Below, in pieces: positions 51,023-56,015 of a stretch of DNA of 56,015 bases; the stretch's first letter is position 1, and each line of letters starts with the position of its first letter. The stretch is from an uncultured Candidatus Saccharibacteria bacterium (GTDB lineage Bacteria > Patescibacteriota > Saccharimonadia > Saccharimonadales > Saccharimonadaceae), in contig CAMKFS010000001.1 in assembly GCA_946411935.1 (NCBI GenBank), forward strand, positions 1-56,015, written 5' to 3'. Below the pieces are notes generated by a model, which saw only the letters and a program-made list of their open reading frames with translations, ran no database searches and was not told the origin of the DNA. A program made the translations under genes and the position numbers.

Positions 51023-51757
51023 ATGAATCCAAAAACACTCGAATTGAATGGCCAAATCGTAAAAATACCACGCCATGTTGCTATTATTGTTGATGGCAAT
51101 GGACGCTGGGCAAAAGAACGTGGACTCACGCGCATGCAAGGGCATGACGCTGGTTTCAAAAATCTTAAAGCACTCGCCAATCATATTTTCGATCGCGGCA
51201 TTGAATATATTAGTTTTTACGTGTTCTCCACGGAGAACTTTAAGCGCAGCAAAGAAGAAGTTGGACATCTTATGGACATCTTTGTCCTGCTTTGCCGCCA
51301 TGAACTAAAAACTTTCATGAAGAATAATATCAGGGTAATTTTTAGCGGTGGCGACGAACCGCTCCCGCAAAAAGTGATTGAAGCGCGTGATTGGATTGCC
51401 GAGCAAACCAAGAACAATACTGCTGGCACAATTAATTTCTGCCTTAATTATGGCGGACGTGCCGAAATTGTAAATGCCGTAAAAAAGATTGCGAGAGATA
51501 AGACTCCAGAAGAGATCGAAGAATTAACCGAGCAAGAGTTTTCAAAATATCTTTACCAAGATTTGCCAGATGTCGATTTAATGATTCGTACGAGTGGCGA
51601 ACTCCGCCTTAGTAATTTTCTTCTTTGGCAAAATTCCTATGCAGAATTTTATTTTCCGAAGACGAAATTCCCGGATTTTCATGAAGATGATTTCGATCAA
51701 GCGCTAGTCGAGTATACGAGCCGCGACCGTCGCTTTGGTGGGATTAAAAATAACTAG
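51023..51757 (+). CDS. uppS: Undecaprenyl-diphosphate synthase (cis-prenyltransferase)
   Basis: HVAIIVDGNGRWAKERGL and RTSGELRLSNFLLWQNSYAEFYF. Confidence 0.9.
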   Translation: MNPKTLELNGQIVKIPRHVAIIVDGNGRWAKERGLTRMQGHDAGFKNLKALANHIFDRGIEYISFYVFSTENFKRSKEEVGHLMDIFVLLCRHELKTFMKNNIRVIFSGGDEPLPQKVIEARDWIAEQTKNNTAGTINFCLNYGGRAEIVNAVKKIARDKTPEEIEELTEQEFSKYLYQDLPDVDLMIRTSGELRLSNFLLWQNSYAEFYFPKTKFPDFHEDDFDQALVEYTSRDRRFGGIKNN

Positions 51758-51846
51758 TATATAAGAGCTATCTATTCATTAAACTTATTCGACTCATTCC
51801 GGCAGTGGAGAGGATTTGTCAAATTATAAAAACAAAACAAAAAAAA

Positions 51847-51921
51847 TGGCTCCCCCGGCCAGACTCGAACTGGCAACCTCGAAGTTAACAGCTTCTTGCT
51901 CCACCATTGAGCTACAGGGGA
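51847..51921 (-). tRNA. tRNA-Asn (anticodon GTT), CCA encoded
   Basis: Reverse complement: TCCCCTG TA GCTC AATGGTG GAGC A AGAAG CTGTTAA CTTCG AGGTT GCCAG TTCGAGT CTGGC CGGGGGA G CCA (75 nt). Confidence 0.9.
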
Positions 51922-52046
51922 TTGCACCTATTATTCTATCAAAAAGCCTTCTTGCCTGTCAAGAGAAAAGCATTATGTTAAACTGCTTGCGCTTTTAGCG
52001 GAAAAATGTTAGCATAAGCACAAATAAAACAAGAGAGGGTAACGCA

Positions 52047-53849
52047 GTGAAAATAAAAATAATTACAATAGCTGCAATTGTTGGTGCAGCGGTGGTAATA
52101 CCGCTAGTAGCCTTTAATCAAAATTCCGGCGCACAAGCCTCAGCCTATATGGATTATAGTTCTGTCACGCCAGTTATTAACGAAGAGTATGCTTCGTCTC
52201 GCATATATTATACGAGTGATACTCAGATGATTGTCAAACAGGACGGTAGTGACAATACGCATACTGGCAATTTCAGTAACAGCTACAAGGTTCAGCCGGG
52301 TAAACAGTTCGTCATGTTAATCACTAATTCATCTGCGACTGACAATGCCGGTAATCCAGTAGACGTAATTTGGAAAATTAACAATGTAAAATACTGGTCC
52401 GAAATAAGAGATGAGCTCGGTGAGCGAGTCGACGACGCGGAGGAATTCTTCGCTATTACTGAACGATCATCGACATGTGGCTCTAGCGAAACAATACCAG
52501 TTACGCCAGATCACGATCCATGCGAGGGAGGAGATGGTAGTCATACTCTCGGCGCTGGCGACCCAATTATGTTTTGGCTAAATTCACACTTTGCGAGCGG
52601 CGATTTTACGGTTCAATATATCAAAAAAGGCACATTCAATGATAGCAGTCTTTCCGGTGTACCGGCTGGTTTAACGCGCCTGACTTATCTTGCTTATGAT
52701 ATTGATGTTCCTAATGCTAGCCACTACACTACGCCTGATTATTTTGGCGGTAATGAGGGCGTTCGTGTTACTCCTTCTAGCGCCAGCAAAACTACTTTCT
52801 ATTACAACAAAGACCACAAAAGCGAAGCATTTCCGGATATGTATGAAGCAGAGAATGGTCTCGCCATTAGCGGCATGGGTGATGGCGGATACTCGGCGGC
52901 TTTTAATGGTATTCATTGGGCAACTTCATATTACGCAATGGTTACGGATATGGCGAACTCTAGCTATACCTTCACTTATGCGGCAACTTCCGCTGGCACC
53001 TCCTACTTCTTTGGCTCGCCGTCAGCATATGATACGCCCGCTCCAGCAAAATATGTCGAAGAGATTGGCAGAACCAATAATCGCGCTACGACTGGCAGTA
53101 AGTTCAACTATGTCATCACCCAGCGTATCCTAAACACATTTAGTACTGCGAATGATGTCTTGACTTTTGCTTCACTCCACTCCAGCTACCCATCTATTAA
53201 TGAAAATCGCAATTATGTAAGCTTTGTTGTACGAGATAATATCGACGCCAACCTTATTCTTCCGAGCGCTACTGAAGTGAAAGTATACAAGGGAAGCACT
53301 AATGTAACGGATAAGTTTGAAGTTTCAATTGATAATCGCAAAATTAGCGTCAGCGTAAAACCTAGCTACCTCCAAACGGCAGATTTTTATGATTCGGTTT
53401 ATAGGATTGTTATTCCTGTTACTACAAAGAACATAATAACTACGAAACAAATTCAAAACAATGCTACTAGTGAATACAAATATACGAATGTTAATGTGGC
53501 TGCAAAAACTTCAGGTTATGCGATTACGGACATCTATCATAAGCTAACCGTTCGTCATATCGATAAAGAGACCGGTAAAGAAATATCTGATACGGTCGTT
53601 TTGGAGCAGGATCACGGCTCTCAATATACAACATCCATGGCTTCGGACCTACCGACTGGCTATCAGCTGATTTCCATGCCAGACAATGCTACTGGTACTA
53701 TATATTCTGATGTGACTGTAGTTTATTACTACAACATCCCAAAGAATCCAAGTACGCTTGATCGCGACCTCGTTCCATTTGCGATTATATTTGGCGGCAC
53801 GGCACTCGTCTCGGCAGGAATCTTCTATCTCGCATCGAAACGCCGCTAA
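52047..53849 (+). CDS. Surface protein with MucBP-like domain and C-terminal anchor (putative adhesin)
   Basis: GTG start and signal peptide. LTVRHIDKETGKEISDTVVLEQDHGSQYTTSMASDLPTGYQLISMPDNATGTIYSDVTVVYYY fits MucBP. The C-terminus is IPKNPSTLD + hydrophobic helix + KRR. Confidence 0.6.
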   Translation: MKIKIITIAAIVGAAVVIPLVAFNQNSGAQASAYMDYSSVTPVINEEYASSRIYYTSDTQMIVKQDGSDNTHTGNFSNSYKVQPGKQFVMLITNSSATDNAGNPVDVIWKINNVKYWSEIRDELGERVDDAEEFFAITERSSTCGSSETIPVTPDHDPCEGGDGSHTLGAGDPIMFWLNSHFASGDFTVQYIKKGTFNDSSLSGVPAGLTRLTYLAYDIDVPNASHYTTPDYFGGNEGVRVTPSSASKTTFYYNKDHKSEAFPDMYEAENGLAISGMGDGGYSAAFNGIHWATSYYAMVTDMANSSYTFTYAATSAGTSYFFGSPSAYDTPAPAKYVEEIGRTNNRATTGSKFNYVITQRILNTFSTANDVLTFASLHSSYPSINENRNYVSFVVRDNIDANLILPSATEVKVYKGSTNVTDKFEVSIDNRKISVSVKPSYLQTADFYDSVYRIVIPVTTKNIITTKQIQNNATSEYKYTNVNVAAKTSGYAITDIYHKLTVRHIDKETGKEISDTVVLEQDHGSQYTTSMASDLPTGYQLISMPDNATGTIYSDVTVVYYYNIPKNPSTLDRDLVPFAIIFGGTALVSAGIFYLASKRR

Positions 53850-53899
53850 ACAATCGCTCGATTCTTTGCTAGAATAGAACTATTAAACACGGAGGAAAT

Positions 53900-55720
53900 A
53901 TGTGCGGAATTGTTGGATATGTGGGTGGAAAAAAGGCGCAGGACATTTTAGTTGGTGGGCTCAGGAGGCTTGAATATCGCGGTTATGATTCGGCTGGGAT
54001 TGCGACCCTGGATGATAAAAATGAAGCGCATATTACTCGCTCGGTTGGGAAAATAGCTGAATTGTCAAAGGCGCTCGAATCGGAGCCGCAAACCGGTCAT
54101 CTTGGCATTGGTCATACTCGTTGGGCGACCCATGGTGGCGTCACTGAGACTAATGCACACCCGCATCATGCCGGCAATATTTATATGGTTCACAACGGCA
54201 TCATCGAGAACTACAAAGAGCTCAAGGCTGAACTAAAGGATTATAAATTCGCGTCCGATACTGATACTGAGGTTCTCGCTGCGCTTATCGATAGTAACTA
54301 CAAGGATGGTATCTCGTTGAAAGATGCTGTCGCTAAATCCCTGAAGCGTATTCGTGGTACCTATGGTATAGCTGTATTTTCTCCTAAAGAACCCGGCACG
54401 CTCGTAGTCGCACGTCTTGGCTCGCCGCTTATTATTGGCTTAGGGCAGGGCGAAACGCTCATTGCGTCGGATGCTTCCGCGCTACTCGGCTATACGCGCG
54501 AGGCAATTTACCTCAATGATGGCGAACTTGCGGTTTGTACTGATAAGGGCGCAGAGGTTTTTACGCTAAGCCTAAAACATCTTGATAGTAAGCCAGAAAC
54601 TATTGAAGGCGACCTTGCACAAATTCAGAAAGGCGGCTACGACCATTTCTTGCTCAAGGAAATTATGGAGCAAGCTACGACTTTGCATAATACTTTGAGT
54701 GGCCGTATTGATCCAAAAGCTGGCAAGATGCATCTTGGTGGCCCGAACCTCACCGAGAAAGAAATGCGCGACATTCATCATGTCGTGATTGTTGGCTGTG
54801 GTACTGCTTATTATGCCGGACTTCTTGCATCGTACTATATGGAACAACTCGTTCCAGACCTTACGACTGAGGTTGTAATTGCTAGCGAATATCGCTATCG
54901 TTCATTCCATCTTCCAAAAGATTCAGTTGCTCTCGTCGTTTCGCAATCTGGTGAAACTGCCGATACGCTTGCGTGTTTGCGTGAGATTAAAAAGCGCGGT
55001 ATCAAAACCCTCGGTATCGTAAATGTCGTCGGCTCTACAATCGCGCGCGAAGTTGATGGTGGGACTTATGTTCATGCTGGTCCAGAAATTTCCGTTGCTA
55101 GCACGAAGGCTTTCACGGCACAGGTTGTAGCGATGCTTATGTTTGCCGGTATGATTGCGGAATACCATGGTGGCGATCCAAAACTCATTGCTGAATTTAC
55201 GCGCGAACTAGAAATTCTCCCAGCAGAAATTGAAAAGACCCTGAATGACAATCGCGAAACAATGGAGAAACTTGCGAAAAAGTACTCTAAATTCGATCAT
55301 GCGCTTTATCTTGGTCGCGATACTGCATTCCCGATTGCACTTGAAGGCGCCCTCAAGCTCAAAGAAATTTCCTATATTCACGCTGAAGGTTATGCGAGCG
55401 GCGAACTCAAACACGGTCCGATTGCTCTCATTGATGACCGCTTCTTTGAAGTATTTACAATCCTTGATAACTGGCTATTTGACAAATCTTGTGGCGGCCT
55501 CCATGAAGTTCGCGCCCGCGGCGGCAAGACGATTGTTTTGACGAATTCTAAGGCTGACATCGAAGCCGACGATATTGTTCGCATTGATAGCCCAATCAAA
55601 CTTCTCATGCCAATTCTGCTTAACACTCTTCAGCAGCTCTTCGCCTACTATGTTGCTGTCGACCGCGGCAATGATGTTGACCAGCCTCGCAATCTCGCAA
55701 AATCTGTAACAGTAGAATAG
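53900..55720 (+). CDS. glmS: Glutamine--fructose-6-phosphate aminotransferase
   Basis: The N-terminal MCGIVGYVG (Ntn Cys), two SIS domains and a C-terminal LAKSVTVE. GGAGGA SD. Confidence 0.95.
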   Translation: MCGIVGYVGGKKAQDILVGGLRRLEYRGYDSAGIATLDDKNEAHITRSVGKIAELSKALESEPQTGHLGIGHTRWATHGGVTETNAHPHHAGNIYMVHNGIIENYKELKAELKDYKFASDTDTEVLAALIDSNYKDGISLKDAVAKSLKRIRGTYGIAVFSPKEPGTLVVARLGSPLIIGLGQGETLIASDASALLGYTREAIYLNDGELAVCTDKGAEVFTLSLKHLDSKPETIEGDLAQIQKGGYDHFLLKEIMEQATTLHNTLSGRIDPKAGKMHLGGPNLTEKEMRDIHHVVIVGCGTAYYAGLLASYYMEQLVPDLTTEVVIASEYRYRSFHLPKDSVALVVSQSGETADTLACLREIKKRGIKTLGIVNVVGSTIAREVDGGTYVHAGPEISVASTKAFTAQVVAMLMFAGMIAEYHGGDPKLIAEFTRELEILPAEIEKTLNDNRETMEKLAKKYSKFDHALYLGRDTAFPIALEGALKLKEISYIHAEGYASGELKHGPIALIDDRFFEVFTILDNWLFDKSCGGLHEVRARGGKTIVLTNSKADIEADDIVRIDSPIKLLMPILLNTLQQLFAYYVAVDRGNDVDQPRNLAKSVTVE

Positions 55721-55723
55721 GAA

Positions 55724-56015
55724 ATGACTGAGCCCGCCCGCAATCAAAAAACCCAAAAAAGCAAACGACGCAGCGAGCGGCGCTCGAAGCATGATTATCC
55801 GCGCATCTCTCTAAAATCGATTCTTTATGTGACGAAAATTTATCGCAAGGCCGTCGGCCTACGTAGTTTCTTTTTTGCATTTTATCGAATATACAGCTCG
55901 GTTATTCCGACTATTACGGCAATCTTGTCCGGTGCCGCCGTAACGAGCATCGTCGGTGCGATTTCGACACGAGATTTTGTTCCTTTTATAATCATTGCGG
56001 CAGTTTTGCTTGGGA
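55724..56015 (+). CDS. Partial CDS, probably the N-terminal TM domain of an ABC exporter (runs off the window)
   Basis: Absent from the track because it has no stop. ATG at 55724; MTEPARNQKTQKSKRRSERRSKHDYPRISLKSILYVTKIYRKAVGLRSFFFAFYRIYSSVIPTITAILSG... is open to the window end. Confidence 0.4.
   Translation, partial: MTEPARNQKTQKSKRRSERRSKHDYPRISLKSILYVTKIYRKAVGLRSFFFAFYRIYSSVIPTITAILSGAAVTSIVGAISTRDFVPFIIIAAVLLG

Noticed and set aside
50960-51301. N-terminal 114-aa extension of the 50366-51301 ORF
   Set aside because: It is antisense to the well-supported uppS gene. The internal start at 50959 gives a coherent polytopic membrane protein.
26913-51921. tRNA-Pro or tRNA-Asn as integration sites bounding a genomic island
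   Set aside because: No integrase, excisionase or recognisable partial tRNA direct repeat was noticed nearby. I could not search exhaustively by eye, so this remains untested rather than disproved.
51816-51998. 60-aa plus-strand ORF
   Set aside because: It is antisense to tRNA-Asn (51847-51921), so it is spurious.
53850-53899. glmS ribozyme upstream of glmS
   Set aside because: Only 50 nt separate the upstream stop from the glmS start. That space is occupied by a TGCTAGAAT -10 box and a GGAGGA SD, which is far too short for the ribozyme.
1-56015. Alternative genetic code (UGA recoded, as in some CPR lineages)
   Set aside because: TGA is used as a normal stop at well-defined gene ends with ATGA start/stop overlaps (for example 12632-12635, 41627-30 and 46093-96). 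Conserved proteins (DnaA, GlmS, GalE) read through without internal TGA. The standard code 11 fits.

Overview
This 56-kb window spans a bacterial chromosomal replication origin. rpmH-rnpA-yidC-jag and dnaA-dnaN-recF diverge from it, and DnaA-box clusters lie on both sides of dnaA. The gene content, compact organisation and pilin/VirB6/VirB4 set resemble a reduced-genome Patescibacteria (CPR) organism such as Candidatus Saccharibacteria (TM7). That taxonomic call rests on memory, not on a search. Left of the origin (1-15.3 kb) is a compact type-IV-secretion-like locus. It holds five tandem VirB2/TrbC-like pilin paralogs (one an internally duplicated double pilin), a VirB6/TrbL-like polytopic protein, a PrgI/VirB3-like protein, an apparently split VirB4 (N-domain ORF plus ATPase ORF), a 929-aa membrane protein, a three-domain cell-wall hydrolase (lysozyme-like + SGNH + NlpC/P60-like) and a PEGA-like anchored protein. 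No coupling ATPase, relaxase or integrase is visible. Right of the origin are housekeeping genes: an LCP ligase, rnhA, rpsT with a Lys/Ala-rich tail, galE, glf, dus, uppS and glmS, plus tRNA-Pro(TGG) and tRNA-Asn(GTT). Two envelope-glycan clusters also lie there. A ~9-repeat LGFP wall-binding protein carries a near-perfect 324-bp internal duplication. Next to it is a 1077-aa paralog of the T4SS-linked 929-aa protein. Other items are a small GC-rich islet with an orphan gene and a possible structured RNA, a TrmB-family regulator with operator-like palindromes, a LexA-type HTH protein lacking the peptidase domain, and a MucBP-type surface protein. Many first-in-operon genes appear leaderless, with the -10 box 6-9 nt before the ATG. 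The strongest candidate for a novel system is the origin-proximal T4SS-like machine together with its dispersed giant-protein paralog/LGFP module. No CRISPR array, rRNA, transposase or integrase was seen.
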